Shown here: positions 10,301 to 20,900 of the stretch, piece after piece
Layout: each line of letters opens with the position of its first letter
Numbering within the stretch: the stretch's first letter is position 1
Source: a virus
Virus record (IMG/VR): IMGVR_UViG_3300036715_001865
Coordinates: 64,001-128,000 of that record
Length of the DNA stretch: 64,000 nucleotides
Direction: 5' to 3' (one strand)
Made by a program: the position numbers and the translations under genes
Notes under the pieces: generated by a model
Database searches by the model: none
The model's input: only the letters and a program-made list of their open reading frames with translations
Told to the model about the DNA's origin: nothing

Positions 10301-10761
10301 CTAATGGGAATTTGGTAGCTGAATCAAACCACGCAATTAATATATTAAGAGCCAATGGTAGAACAAAAGAAGAGGCAATTGCAATCGTTGCTAATATGCA
10401 TGGAGAGTCTACCATGAACCCAATGGCTGTTGGGGATGGAGGAAGGGCATATGGATTGATGCAGTGGCATCCGGACAGACAAGCTTTATATGCAAATCTG
10501 TATGGACATTCTATGAAAAGTGTTACAGACAAGAGCCAAGCTATGACAGAACAGGTACAATTTGCTAATTGGGAGTTGTCCAATAATGAAGCTCATGGGT
10601 GGCAACAAGCAACTTCAGGGGGAAGCGACTCATCTTCAATTGCTGGTGGATTTGCTAGATATGTTGAAAGACCAAAAGATAAGGCAGGAGCAGCGAGAAC
10701 CAGAGCTCAGATTGCAAAAGGTGTAGCAGGTTCATATGATCCAAACACATTTACAGGGTAA
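7342..10761 (+). CDS. Baseplate hub protein fused to an SLT-type lytic transglycosylase and a C-terminal phage-tail-lysozyme domain
   Basis: N-terminal hub-like region; MIAYESGF..GLGQF (SLT) at ~9380-9720; AIVANMHGES..GDGGRAYGLMQW..QVQF..ERP (tail lysozyme) at ~10320-10730; start MSRK at 7342 preferred. Confidence 0.7.
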   Translation: MSRKANPLAKYRSYSYYHVLALCNSSDTASELAGSTDLDMWQTSNVGGILSPKTITTSSGEGQYYVLINGSTDAALTITKANWSSFTAASATMNDRGTSIALEGSITVAEPRGIVFLDQIVRCCISMGIDSASAFWVLKTFFVGYTFDIGSGTDGVDHITDIPPVVFLTYDVVGSFGIAGGEYELNFFAAANSAARMPQYSKSVKALNFKAEDNFENTLKKLQTEVTNNYKKYYACVEETLKKTPGTEKIAEALREVKYVITCGAPYAGNSSYIVSDQLVQLKDHPECDSSSNLSFTAGISIEDAIHRIMAHCPQITRDAATGEGGKKYIAKIHSWVTSRDIGGGKLEYEVGYRVDRQEDPHSMSFEDAGKNVDNIIEYDYIYTGKNVDILEFDIKMNMGLVYLQGMTISNAYKQPGQQATIMGTHPSVRDIQTRQQSKNIPVYFGTNIKSSWIRNTQDTQTQSQFAYSMEKHASLESIEAVVKITGNPALLGSINQTSDPKFVSQQIVPVMQDDGYAKFTNWTTAPAFAKINIKMPRNNDDMSLFTGTQTSTEDPSQSNDYAVDFWFTGHYYILGIDHVFDNGEFHQTLQAIGIPANNAFSEEKTNDAGMDVVLDARVGECYENKIGCGTTSSGDGMASGTNGQVPEAHESVSSPNNKIDTYNYVSDNKDLSNIVGYDKAPDRVKVAIHNAALNNPPIQESDLALMIAYESGFRSDVVNKYGYKGLGQFGDSTWAQFGSGNPLDPNANADATAKYMLHNRAVFQRDVSAKEPNVVDLYTMHQRGTTGGTKILKNIYSGNGGGSAGISDKSARANRLPINPSSDQVYQSFIGSLGKRLKSGAVVTKPSAGPRKPVESLPDPLGGGLVSLPLAKPLLEKKQDSTMVSSILEDSKLGPSNVSESTPKRARTAKEVMAAYVSCKDEERKTNDPSKTDNCNKTANQENGGSSGGNSDTGQGGGAGGAGNHRNGGKLSTNQSAEYQSKLKASNGNLVAESNHAINILRANGRTKEEAIAIVANMHGESTMNPMAVGDGGRAYGLMQWHPDRQALYANLYGHSMKSVTDKSQAMTEQVQFANWELSNNEAHGWQQATSGGSDSSSIAGGFARYVERPKDKAGAARTRAQIAKGVAGSYDPNTFTG

Positions 10762-10769
10762 TTGTGTCA

Positions 10770-10777
10770 TATAAATA
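10770..10777 (+). promoter_or_regulatory. Late promoter TATAAATA
   Basis: Exact box upstream of 10808. Confidence 0.7.
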
Positions 10778-10807
10778 CACCATAACCATATACATCAGGG
10801 TAAAATA

Positions 10808-12280
10808 ATGTCATTTCAAACAAAACAAAAACAAATTTTGGAAGCCTCTAATGGTGGAGCAAATGCAAAAACATCATTTAGTGATATTATTGCCATTGGA
10901 ACTGTGGTAGATACTGCTGATCCAATGCAGTGGGGAAGAATCAGAGCAGTTGTTCCAGCTTGGGGGGATTCTTATGAACACGAAGTTGAAGGTATGGCAT
11001 GGTGTATGTATGTAACTCCATTTGGGGGACAAACAGCAGTTGGATCACGTGGTGCTGGCGTACAAACCACTGAAGGTGGAATATCATATGGTATGTGGGC
11101 AATACCAAAAGTTGGAGCACAGGTAGTAATTATGAGCTTGGACGAGGAACACCAACAGAGATTATTCATGGGGTGTGTATTTGATGCATTTGCTACTAAT
11201 ACGATGCCACACGGTAGATGGATTTCTGAAGACCATCCTGAATTATCTGATAAGCCTAAGGCTAAGCCTTATGGGCCATTTTCATCAGGAGACAAACTAA
11301 TACAACCATTAGCAGGTAATATACAGAAAGCGTTTGGTAATACCGATAAAGCATTTGAATGGCAATCTAGGGCATCTGATTATGCAGTATCTCGAGTTGA
11401 CGTTAGTCAGTTAAGTTATGCAACCACTAAAGTACAAGACGATAAAGAAGCTGATAATGGAAGTGGTTGGATAAGCACACAGGGGTATCAAGTAAGTAGA
11501 TTTGACCCAAATGGTGGCACTGGAATAAATGAAAAAAACTATGATTCTCAAGTGTATTCATTAACCTCACCAGGATTTCATTCTGTATCTATGGATGATA
11601 GAATGGAAAATTGTAGAATGCGATTAAGAACAATGTCAGGTCATCAAATATTAATGGATGATACCAATGAGCGTATTTATTTATCTACTGCTCAAGGTAA
11701 TAATTGGGTGGAGATGGACCAATCAGGAAACGTTGACATTTTTTCAAATAGTAGAGTGAGTATTAGATCAGCATCAGATATCAATCTTACGTCAGATGCA
11801 TCAATAAGAATGCATGCAAAAGCTGGTATTTACATGCATTCTGATACTGATGCTCGAGTGTTTGCAAAAGCTGGTATACATATCAAATCTGACGATAAGT
11901 TGTTTATTGAGTCAGGCAGTGACACAAATTTTAAGTCTGGTGGAGTGTTGAATATATCATCTCAAGGTGCTACTAATGTTAAATCTGGTCAAAAATTAAA
12001 TTTAACTGGTGGTGGAGCTATTAATGTGAGAGCTGGTGGAAATATATTATTAACTGGATCTCAAATACATTCTAATGGACCACAAGCAGAAGAAGCACAA
12101 AAAGCTGAACCAGCTGAACCAGCACCGTTCACTAATAGAGTGCCAGCACATGAGCCTTGGGCACGTGGATTAACAAAAAAAGATGACTCACATGAATCTG
12201 AACACAAGTACGATGACAAAAAGGTTAATAGGTTTGAAAGAGGGATAGAAATATTACGAGGGTTGTACTGGAGACGATAA
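10808..12280 (+). CDS. gp5: Central baseplate spike (gp5/VgrG-like) without a lysozyme domain
   Basis: OB-fold GTVVDTADPMQWGRIRAVVP, GMWAIPKVGAQV; RLRTMSGHQILMDD; beta-helix repeats; C-terminal RVPAHEPW. Confidence 0.85.
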   Translation: MSFQTKQKQILEASNGGANAKTSFSDIIAIGTVVDTADPMQWGRIRAVVPAWGDSYEHEVEGMAWCMYVTPFGGQTAVGSRGAGVQTTEGGISYGMWAIPKVGAQVVIMSLDEEHQQRLFMGCVFDAFATNTMPHGRWISEDHPELSDKPKAKPYGPFSSGDKLIQPLAGNIQKAFGNTDKAFEWQSRASDYAVSRVDVSQLSYATTKVQDDKEADNGSGWISTQGYQVSRFDPNGGTGINEKNYDSQVYSLTSPGFHSVSMDDRMENCRMRLRTMSGHQILMDDTNERIYLSTAQGNNWVEMDQSGNVDIFSNSRVSIRSASDINLTSDASIRMHAKAGIYMHSDTDARVFAKAGIHIKSDDKLFIESGSDTNFKSGGVLNISSQGATNVKSGQKLNLTGGGAINVRAGGNILLTGSQIHSNGPQAEEAQKAEPAEPAPFTNRVPAHEPWARGLTKKDDSHESEHKYDDKKVNRFERGIEILRGLYWRR

Positions 12281-12284
12281 ATGT

Positions 12285-13850
12285 TTACCTCTTCCAACTC
12301 CATATAACATTTCCACAGTCCCAAAATTTATTATAATTATTATTAACCATATTTTCCCACTCTGTGAGAGTGGGATCAAAGGTTTGTAATTTGGTAACTA
12401 GTTTGTGTTTCTGAAACTGTATCCTAGAAAACACTACCAATGGATTTGAATTTTTGAAATAATAATAATTTGGAGCGGTTACTCCTATTTTATCAAAACC
12501 TATGTACATATACCAATTAGCTTCTCCCCACCTGTAATCATTATAAGAAATAATGGATGTTGGTTGAACTTGCTGCAAAAAGTGTTTGAATAATTTACTT
12601 GCTCCTCCTATTACATTAATATCTACAGCCGAACAAAATCTTATTAATTCAAACTCATAAGCCTTGTTATATCTTGGCCTTCCAAATGTCATTATGGCTA
12701 CTAATTTATTATCATACTCTAGTCCAAATGAATATTTTGCCCCACAGTATCCTTGAGTGTGGTTATGTTCTAAAAATTCTATTGCATTAGCCCGGGGCAC
12801 TTGAACTAGTTTGCATTTTCTTGCTGGTATACTTATCGTTTGGTGTACCATTGATCTGATTCTAGATTTCACAATGTGTTTATTGAAATACCAATCATGT
12901 TCAAAAATATGTACTAATTTTATACCCAACATAGCACATCTATTTGTTTTGTTTATGTGGTATTGTTTATCGTGAAATCGGGCGGAGTGCCAAAAATTCC
13001 CATTAAATTCAAATGCTAAGTTTAACTCTGGAATATACACATCTAATTCCAATGGAGGAATTATGTTTCTACTTGATTGTATTATTTTACAATCAAGTTC
13101 CGACTGGAGAAAATGAACTAGTTCATTTTCTCCAGTCGATGTACCCCAACAAATTTCAATATTGTGTTTTTGTCGATATCTAGTTAAACAACTAGGTGAT
13201 ACCCCCAATTCTAAGGATATATCATACAGTGAACTAATTGCGCATTTATTAGACATCCAAATAGGGTCGTTTAGTTTTAATAAAGAATCTTCAGAAATAT
13301 GTTGCTGTTTAATATATTTAGCTCCATACTTATCTTGCATGGTACTCTCCCTATTGTGGGTACTAAATTCTCCTCTGGGTGGATACAACTGTCCATATTT
13401 TGTATATAGTGTAGATTGAACTGTTTCTTTCCACCCTGGTAGTTGGGTGTTGTGCTCGACCCCATATCGTGCTAACATAGTTTGTTTTTGTTTTTGTTTT
13501 CTGTTACTAATCAGTTCGTGGTTATTATCCCTAGCTTGAATACTTAATTTCCAACTATCTAATTGTGTGTTGTGAGACACTCCGTGATTTGCCATCAATG
13601 TTGCTTTCTGCTTCTCAGCAAATTTAGGTACCATTGCCGAATGGGGTGCACCATACCTAGTTACCATAGTAGCTTGTCTTGATTTCGCTATATCTGGGTC
13701 AGCATACATGCATGCTGTTGAACAATATGTTCCAAATTGTCCTTTAGTTGGTTGCCACCGAACATGATTATCACATTGTTTGCATTTTATAGGAAGAGTT
13801 TTGTTGTGAATAGATAGCCACTCTTGTTGCTTCTTGGTTATTTTTTGCAT
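12285..13850 (-). CDS. Free-standing homing-endonuclease-like protein (Zn finger, K..T..RYG repeats, HTH, Vsr/PD-(D/E)XK-like nuclease, C-terminal GNAT/Mom-like domain; Hef-like)
   Basis: CKQC..CSTAC; ELDVYIPELNLAFEFNGNFWHS; FLEHNH.QG, GGASKLF, IISYND.RW; inserted antisense between gp5 and gp25. Confidence 0.7.
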   Translation of the reverse strand: MQKITKKQQEWLSIHNKTLPIKCKQCDNHVRWQPTKGQFGTYCSTACMYADPDIAKSRQATMVTRYGAPHSAMVPKFAEKQKATLMANHGVSHNTQLDSWKLSIQARDNNHELISNRKQKQKQTMLARYGVEHNTQLPGWKETVQSTLYTKYGQLYPPRGEFSTHNRESTMQDKYGAKYIKQQHISEDSLLKLNDPIWMSNKCAISSLYDISLELGVSPSCLTRYRQKHNIEICWGTSTGENELVHFLQSELDCKIIQSSRNIIPPLELDVYIPELNLAFEFNGNFWHSARFHDKQYHINKTNRCAMLGIKLVHIFEHDWYFNKHIVKSRIRSMVHQTISIPARKCKLVQVPRANAIEFLEHNHTQGYCGAKYSFGLEYDNKLVAIMTFGRPRYNKAYEFELIRFCSAVDINVIGGASKLFKHFLQQVQPTSIISYNDYRWGEANWYMYIGFDKIGVTAPNYYYFKNSNPLVVFSRIQFQKHKLVTKLQTFDPTLTEWENMVNNNYNKFWDCGNVIWSWKR

Positions 13851-13873
13851 GGGGGATAATTATTAGTAATAAG

Positions 13874-13911
13874 TATAAATATATTATACTGTATAAGATG
13901 GAAGAAATCAA
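13874..13911. promoter_or_regulatory. Overlapping divergent promoters: + strand TATAAATA (13874-13881, gp25) and - strand TTGATT-N17-TATAAT (13911-13883, endonuclease)
   Basis: Both motifs read directly with exact spacing. Confidence 0.65.
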
Positions 13912-13912
13912 C

Positions 13913-14293
13913 ATGATAAAAGGTTTATATTCAGGATTTAGTACATATGAGTACCAACACACTAAGTCTTTCGTGTTGTCAGATATTGAGTTGGTAAAAA
14001 TGGATTTATTAAATCACATATATACAAGGAAAGGAGAGCGAGTTATGATGCCAAATTGGGGAACAAGAATTCCTGAATTGGCATTTGAACCACTTGACCA
14101 AATCACTCTTGATATTTTAGAAGAGGACTTAAGAGCAGTTATTGCATTTGACCCTAGAGTACAGTTGTTAGAACTATCAATAATCCCGAAATATGATGAT
14201 AATTATGTAATAGCTGCTGCTAAGTTGTTATACATTGAATTAAATATGACAGGTTCACTAAATCTCCACATTACGTTTGAAGGCAGTTCATAA
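13913..14293 (+). CDS. gp25: Baseplate wedge subunit gp25-like
   Basis: DLLNHIYTRKGERVMMPNWGTRIPELAFEP..DPRV motif; alternative start at 13898. Confidence 0.92.
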   Translation: MIKGLYSGFSTYEYQHTKSFVLSDIELVKMDLLNHIYTRKGERVMMPNWGTRIPELAFEPLDQITLDILEEDLRAVIAFDPRVQLLELSIIPKYDDNYVIAAAKLLYIELNMTGSLNLHITFEGSS

Positions 14294-14329
14294 CCAACTT
14301 TATGTAAGTTATTGATGAGCTGTCACATG

Positions 14330-14337
14330 TATAAATA
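14330..14337 (+). promoter_or_regulatory. Late promoter TATAAATA
   Basis: Exact box upstream of 14370. Confidence 0.7.
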
Positions 14338-14369
14338 ATGATATAAACTGATTAGAAGAGAACATCAAC

Positions 14370-17300
14370 ATGTCAAGACTTGTAGCACGAGCAGAAAATT
14401 GGGAAAAGGTATATGAGGCATTCCACAATGTCAATTTTGCTGCGTTTGATTATAATACTATCAAACAAAGTTTGTTGGATTATATTAAATTATATTTTCC
14501 TGAAACATTTAATGACTACATAGAAAGTTCAGAGTTTATTGCTCTTATTGAGTCTTTTGCGTATGTAGCTGAGTTGATTGCTTATAGGCTGGATATTGAT
14601 GCTCATGAAAACTTTATTACTGTAGCCCAACGCAAAGATTCAATCTTACGATTGGCCAAATTAGTATCCTACTCAGCTGATAGACCATTACCAGCAAGAG
14701 GATTAGTTAAATTAACTTCCGTAAAAACTACAGAAAATCTTATTGATGCTAATGGGATTAATTTATCCAACAGAACAATCCGTTGGAATGATGTTACAAA
14801 TTTGAACTGGAAAGATCAATTTATCCTTGTTATGGATAGAATTTTAACACAAGAATTTGGAACAGTAAAATCATCTGATAGATTTCAAATAGAAAACGTG
14901 TTATTTGAATTGTATGCATTAAATATTAGTCCATTAACCTCTGGAGCTATGCCATATAATGCAACCGTAAACAATAAATCATTGAATATGGAATTAGTAC
15001 CAGTTGAATATAATTCAACTGATGGTATTATTGAACGACGTCCATATAATGGAGCAAATTTTACCCTATTGTATGGTAGAGACGGATTGGGAGATTCATC
15101 AGATACCACAGGATTCTTTTGTTTTACAAAACAAGGAACATTAAGAAGGTTTCGTAAAGAATTTGATGGAGTAACACCTAATCAAACATATGAAATCCCA
15201 ATGAACAACGCCAACGAAACAGATGTTTGGGTTAATAATGTTGATCCCATCACTGGCAAAATTTTAGATATTCCACACCTTTTACCACAAAAAAGAGATA
15301 TACAAACAGGGTATACAGGTGAGTGGGTTCAAGTTGATTTGGCACACGCTCAAAACGTTATTTTTAACACTAACCCACGTAGAGCAAAATATGAAGTAGA
15401 GACTAGAGATAATAGTAGAGCACGAATAATCTTTGGTGATGGGGAATTTGCTGACATTCCATCTGGCACGTTTGACTTTTGGTTACGTGAATCTGTTGAT
15501 GAAGATATTATCATCTCACAATCATCTGTGGTCGATAAAACTATATCAATGACCTATGTGGACCAATATAACAGAACTCAAACATTTTCTTTTACATTCT
15601 CACTAATTAATTCGTTGCAGAATAATTCCTCAGCGGAAACTTTGGAACATATTAGAACTACTGCTCCAGCTGTATACTATTCCCAAGACCGTATGGTTAA
15701 TGGTCAAGATTATAACAATTTCATGTTACAAGATTCTTCGATTTTAAAACTGAGATCGTTGAATAGAACATTTGCAGGGGATTCCAAATATATTACTTGG
15801 CATGACCCAAGTACCACGTATGAAAATGTTAAATTGGTGGGAAACGATGGAGCTTTGTATTTTTACGAAAAAACTGAAGGGCAAGTTACGTCCGTTGTTC
15901 CAGATATTAATAGTTTAATCACTTCTTTTATTGAGCCATTACTATCATCAACTGATATATTTTTGTATGTATCTAGTTTTGGTGTACCCATATCGAAGTT
16001 TAGACGAAGTTTCAATACAACTGAATATGAGAGATTGTCTATTAATTTAACTCCTCCACCTTCACCAACCACAATAAAAATGTATTATAATTTGGTAACA
16101 TTTGATTGGTTTGTGCTTAGAACCTCAGATGACCCAAGCACAAACCTGGATATGTTAGCAGCAGGGTGGCCACAAAGTTTTATTGGAACTCCATTAATCA
16201 CAGTATCTCAACAACAAACAGAACAAAAATATGTTGTTAATAGACAAGCCAAAAGATTGATTTTTCAAAGCCCAACTACAACATTCTGGAATACCAACAA
16301 TGCGTCTAGTGTTATTGATTATAATACATTAGCATCTAATTTTGATAAAATTTGCATCTTGCAAGCAAACTCAAACTATAACCGTGATAGTATCCTAAAA
16401 AGAAATTGGAATTTTAATGTTCTAGGAGTGGAAAGTATTGAAACTGGTATTAACGTTGGATTAACGGATATTAATAGATTATCAGTTATACCTGTTGATG
16501 AAAACGGTGACGGTGTACCTGATCATATGGATATCAATGACAGTAGTAGCCCGTTAGGTTTAGCTGATATAATGAAACCTAAAATTACTGTTGACTTGGT
16601 TGGGGTATTAAATCCATTACCAAGTGCTGGTATCAGAGTGGTGTTACCTATATATTATGTTGTAGGCCAAAGTGACGTATCAGTAACCAGTTTAAGTGGA
16701 AAAGATGTTGTATTTGGTGTTGATTGGATCGAAGATGCAGTTGATGCCACATTAATTTCCAACGCAATTATTCTTAAAGGAAATGTATTGGGCGGTTCGT
16801 TGGTTGAAATTTCAGTGAACGATTATGTGTACTTTGTAAGAGATACTCCATATAGTGAATGGACTGTAGCTGGAAGTACACCGGACAATATGACATATTA
16901 TGTTGTGGAACAATCCATTGATAGGGAATTGGCTAATATAGGTAGTAATGGACTTGGATTAGTTAAGCGTGAAATAGGTAGATCAGATTTGAATTTTATG
17001 TGGTTTCATCATTCACCTCGGTACCATCTTATCGATCCAGCTGCTTCAAATATAATAGACACCCTTATAATTCAAAAGGGATATTTCTTTGCTCTTAAAC
17101 GTTGGTTGGAAGACCCATTAGCACCCGCTCCTATTCCACCTACCCCACTGGATTTGAGATTAGCGTATGGATACCTGTTGAAAAATAAGATGATATCTGA
17201 TACAGTTGTATTACATCCTGGGAAAATAAAATTGTTATTTGGACCAAAAGCTATATTACCAGTTCAATCTAGGTTTAAAGTTATTAGAACATCTGATAAC

Positions 17301-17846
17301 TCAATGACTGATAACCAGATTAAAACTATAATAGTGTCCACCATTCGTAACTTTTTCGACTTAACAGTGTGGGAGTTTGGGGAAACCTTTTATTTTACAG
17401 AATTGGCAACCGCTATACACGCATCATTACCAATAGAAATTTCAACCGTGGTTATGGTACCTGTGTATTCAGGTAGTTATTTTGGTGATTTGTTTCAAAT
17501 TCAAGCTCAAGAGGATGAGTTATTTTACCCTGATATATCTGTAAATGACATTGATATTGTAACAGAAATCAACTCAACAATAATTAAATCTGGAACAAAA
17601 ACAATTTGTCCAATTCAACAACCTAATGTATCAGCTGCAGTAACATATGAGTATGCGGATGAATTTACACAACTAGTGCCAGCAATAACCTGGACGGTAG
17701 TTCACGACTTGGGTTACTACCCAATTGTGAGTGTGTTTGATTCTGCTGCTAATGAAATAGTTCCATTAACAGTTGACCACTTATCTAACAAAAAAATATC
17801 TATCACATTTGGAGCACTGACTGTGGGTACAGTTAGATTAGTTTAA
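14370..17846 (+). CDS. gp6: Baseplate wedge subunit gp6-like
   Basis: FAAFDYNTIKQSL, FNDYIESSEF, A..SILRLAKLVSY, FGDGEF, AET.EHIR..AP..Y.SQDRMV..QDY; follows gp25. Confidence 0.9.
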   Translation: MSRLVARAENWEKVYEAFHNVNFAAFDYNTIKQSLLDYIKLYFPETFNDYIESSEFIALIESFAYVAELIAYRLDIDAHENFITVAQRKDSILRLAKLVSYSADRPLPARGLVKLTSVKTTENLIDANGINLSNRTIRWNDVTNLNWKDQFILVMDRILTQEFGTVKSSDRFQIENVLFELYALNISPLTSGAMPYNATVNNKSLNMELVPVEYNSTDGIIERRPYNGANFTLLYGRDGLGDSSDTTGFFCFTKQGTLRRFRKEFDGVTPNQTYEIPMNNANETDVWVNNVDPITGKILDIPHLLPQKRDIQTGYTGEWVQVDLAHAQNVIFNTNPRRAKYEVETRDNSRARIIFGDGEFADIPSGTFDFWLRESVDEDIIISQSSVVDKTISMTYVDQYNRTQTFSFTFSLINSLQNNSSAETLEHIRTTAPAVYYSQDRMVNGQDYNNFMLQDSSILKLRSLNRTFAGDSKYITWHDPSTTYENVKLVGNDGALYFYEKTEGQVTSVVPDINSLITSFIEPLLSSTDIFLYVSSFGVPISKFRRSFNTTEYERLSINLTPPPSPTTIKMYYNLVTFDWFVLRTSDDPSTNLDMLAAGWPQSFIGTPLITVSQQQTEQKYVVNRQAKRLIFQSPTTTFWNTNNASSVIDYNTLASNFDKICILQANSNYNRDSILKRNWNFNVLGVESIETGINVGLTDINRLSVIPVDENGDGVPDHMDINDSSSPLGLADIMKPKITVDLVGVLNPLPSAGIRVVLPIYYVVGQSDVSVTSLSGKDVVFGVDWIEDAVDATLISNAIILKGNVLGGSLVEISVNDYVYFVRDTPYSEWTVAGSTPDNMTYYVVEQSIDRELANIGSNGLGLVKREIGRSDLNFMWFHHSPRYHLIDPAASNIIDTLIIQKGYFFALKRWLEDPLAPAPIPPTPLDLRLAYGYLLKNKMISDTVVLHPGKIKLLFGPKAILPVQSRFKVIRTSDNSMTDNQIKTIIVSTIRNFFDLTVWEFGETFYFTELATAIHASLPIEISTVVMVPVYSGSYFGDLFQIQAQEDELFYPDISVNDIDIVTEINSTIIKSGTKTICPIQQPNVSAAVTYEYADEFTQLVPAITWTVVHDLGYYPIVSVFDSAANEIVPLTVDHLSNKKISITFGALTVGTVRLV

Positions 17847-17866
17847 AACCATGGGTTTATACCATA

Positions 17867-17911
17867 GGTAACCCTCTTATAAATATTAAAATGATATAAG
17901 AGGAACTTACC
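17867..17911 (+). promoter_or_regulatory. Late promoter TATAAATA (17878-17885) in a hairpin whose 3' arm carries the SD of the giant gene
   Basis: cctcttata 17873-17881 pairs with tataagagg 17895-17903; ggtaa/ttacc outer stem. Confidence 0.7.
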
Positions 17912-17912
17912 T

Positions 17913-20900
17913 GTGGCTAACAACAAATATTCAGATCACAACAAATCACAAATTAACTTTGGTGGATATATACCAGGGGTATATCACTCTGATGTAAATG
18001 ATACTATGACTGATGTAGTATTTGATAGATATTTTACCAAAGATGATACGGTCCAAGTTACTGGGTTTGTTGGAACAGGTAACCCTACAGCATTAATTAA
18101 TAGACAAATTCAAGAGGTGTCATACGATACCCATGACTTAGCACATAGACAAGCATATCAACTTGCACCCACAATTTACAATAAAGTTGGAACTGTTGAA
18201 ACATCTATGTCATTTCAAAACTTCTTAACTCAACTCGAACTTCAAGGTGTTGAAATTAATAGATTGCCAATATGGGGAGCAGCAACTACATTTAACTGGG
18301 TTCCACCTATTAATATTGACATGCTAGTCAACTACCAAGATTATTTCTGGGATGGTGAGACCTTTGCTGATACTCCTCAATATTTTACAATCGAAAATGT
18401 CTGCAATAAATCCACTGACAAACTAACATCTTATAATATGTTGATGCAACAAAGAGGCATTCATGTATCCATAGTTTCAGTTGATTTTGCTACCAATTCA
18501 TTTAACATTCATGGAAAGTGGGATAATATTTTTGTGTTGGATTATTCTTTCCGCACTTCATTATCATCGACTCCTAATTTAGACAATAAAAATTGGAAAA
18601 CCACAAATGTTGTATATGACAATATGGGTGATAATACAAAAGTTACTGTGCAAGAACAAATAGCTCCTACTGTTCAACCAACTTCACCTATTTTAGGAGA
18701 TTGGTGGTTCAATTCTACAACAAATAATCTGTTTATTTGGAGTGGTACTGTATGGAATGAGTACACAGATTCTATCATGTCACAAGTTGTGATTCCAGCT
18801 CTATTTGTTGTAGAAGGTATTTCATTTGATACCAATGCGTTCATAATCAACGGAAAGCAAGATGATATTTTTGCTCCTGGATTTGTGTTTGTCACAAAAG
18901 ATAGTAACAATTCAAACTTACAACAAAAATATTGGACAGTATACTCTGTACACTTTGACGAAATTACTAACAAAACTACGGTCTTTACTGCTGAATCTTT
19001 AGCCCTACGCAGCGAAACACCTCCATCATCCCCCACATTTATTGGACAATGGTGGTATAATCCAGTCACCAAGGTGTTGAGTGCATGGAATGGAACCACT
19101 TGGACAGCGGTATCAAAAAATGTTATTGTAAACATATCATTAGCAGAGTTGATGGTAATATTCCAATCACAGTTGAACTGTAAATGCCAACATGAGCGTG
19201 GTTGGGATATTGGACAATGGGATGATAATAGCATCGGAAATGTTGCTTGGAATACCAATCTATTGGCTACTATTTCATTTGGAGCAGAGTCTGAATGGAT
19301 GATATACAACACCAACCACCCTGAAACTGAAATGGTTGTTAGTGGAGTAATTCAACCATTATCTCTATGGTATGATACTACCACAAATAATTTATATCAA
19401 TTTGGGGATATTATCCACCAATCACCATCTAGTATCGATTATAGTCCTATATGGAATAAAGTTGCAGCAAATTTTTCTGCTGTATTGCAACTAACTACCT
19501 CTCAAGAAAATTGGGACTATAGTATGGATTGTGATGTACAAACGTTAAACCAATGGTCTAGTCAAAATGATTGGCAACATAAAACAGCCATAAACACATT
19601 TGCTAATGTGAAACGAGCACAACTGCCAATTTTTGAGTATGATTCACAATTGGAATTAAATGAATGGACGAAATTTACCCACAAATGGAAATACCGTCAT
19701 GATCCAGCTGGAACATTTATTCCAACTTCTGTAAGTCCATCTAGGTTGGAATTAGAGCCTATTAAAGCATATAGAGTAGCAGTCATTGGTACAAGTTGGT
19801 ACATCTATCTGTTTGATAATCAATTAAGTACATCTGTTAATGTTAATCTAACAGACTTATTTGTTCCAGGATACAAATTTAGGGTGGTGGATGATATTGG
19901 TTCCTCTAGTGTGTTCACAGTTGAGTGGTCAGAATTCAGATCTTTGGTTAATGCAACCGATCCTAGATTAGTAAGTGATAGTATGGCAACTGTTGTTAAA
20001 ATTAAAGAAACTATTTTTAACGCTTCTAGTGTTGGTGGAGGTATCACCAACACTAGAATTGTACCAAATACCACATCTATTGGAGACATTTGGAATGGAT
20101 ACCATATGCATTGGTGTTTAGACGTAAATGCAACAACATCTGTTGCTACTCAACCCCAACCATTGGATATTTTTAAAGCAGATATAACATCTTCTTACCA
20201 AGCTGTTATAGGAAACCCTGATTTGGTAGGATTCTTGCCACAAGTAGCAGCTGTTAATATTGGGAAATCCTTCCAAGAGATTGTAGTTGATATCGATGGT
20301 GTGGATATAATTGATTTAGTACCTACATTAAAGTACAATCCAACAAAAGCTCGACCATACGCAATAGTTGGAAGTGGAATGCTAAGAGTTTATATTAACG
20401 GAATACGTCAATATGGCACATATGATGAAATACCAACAACAGCAGTTATGAATTATACTGCTGTTGGGATTTCTGTTGTTACTAATACAGAGTTCCAATT
20501 TGTAGCAGGGGTACAATTCAAACCAACTATCACTATTCACATCGGTGATGTGGTACGTATGGAAGTTGGTGTTGCTTCATTTAATGATATGGGAGTGTAT
20601 TCAGTCCCAGTTAGAACTATTGAAGATAATGAACAATTTGCTACATTTGTTGGTAGTGGACTTCAACCAACTTACCAAAGTATGTCACAATATGGACTAC
20701 TAGAGCAAGTTAAAACAAGTGTAAATCAGTATCCACAATTTAATATATACAACATTGTTACAGGAGATGTTGTTCTATCATCACCAATCATCACATTTAA
20801 AGAATCACCAACTGTACCTGTTAATAGATCAGTTCAACGTAGAATTGTAACTTCTGGTGATGATTTTGAATTTGAACAACATTTATTAGATGACAACGAT

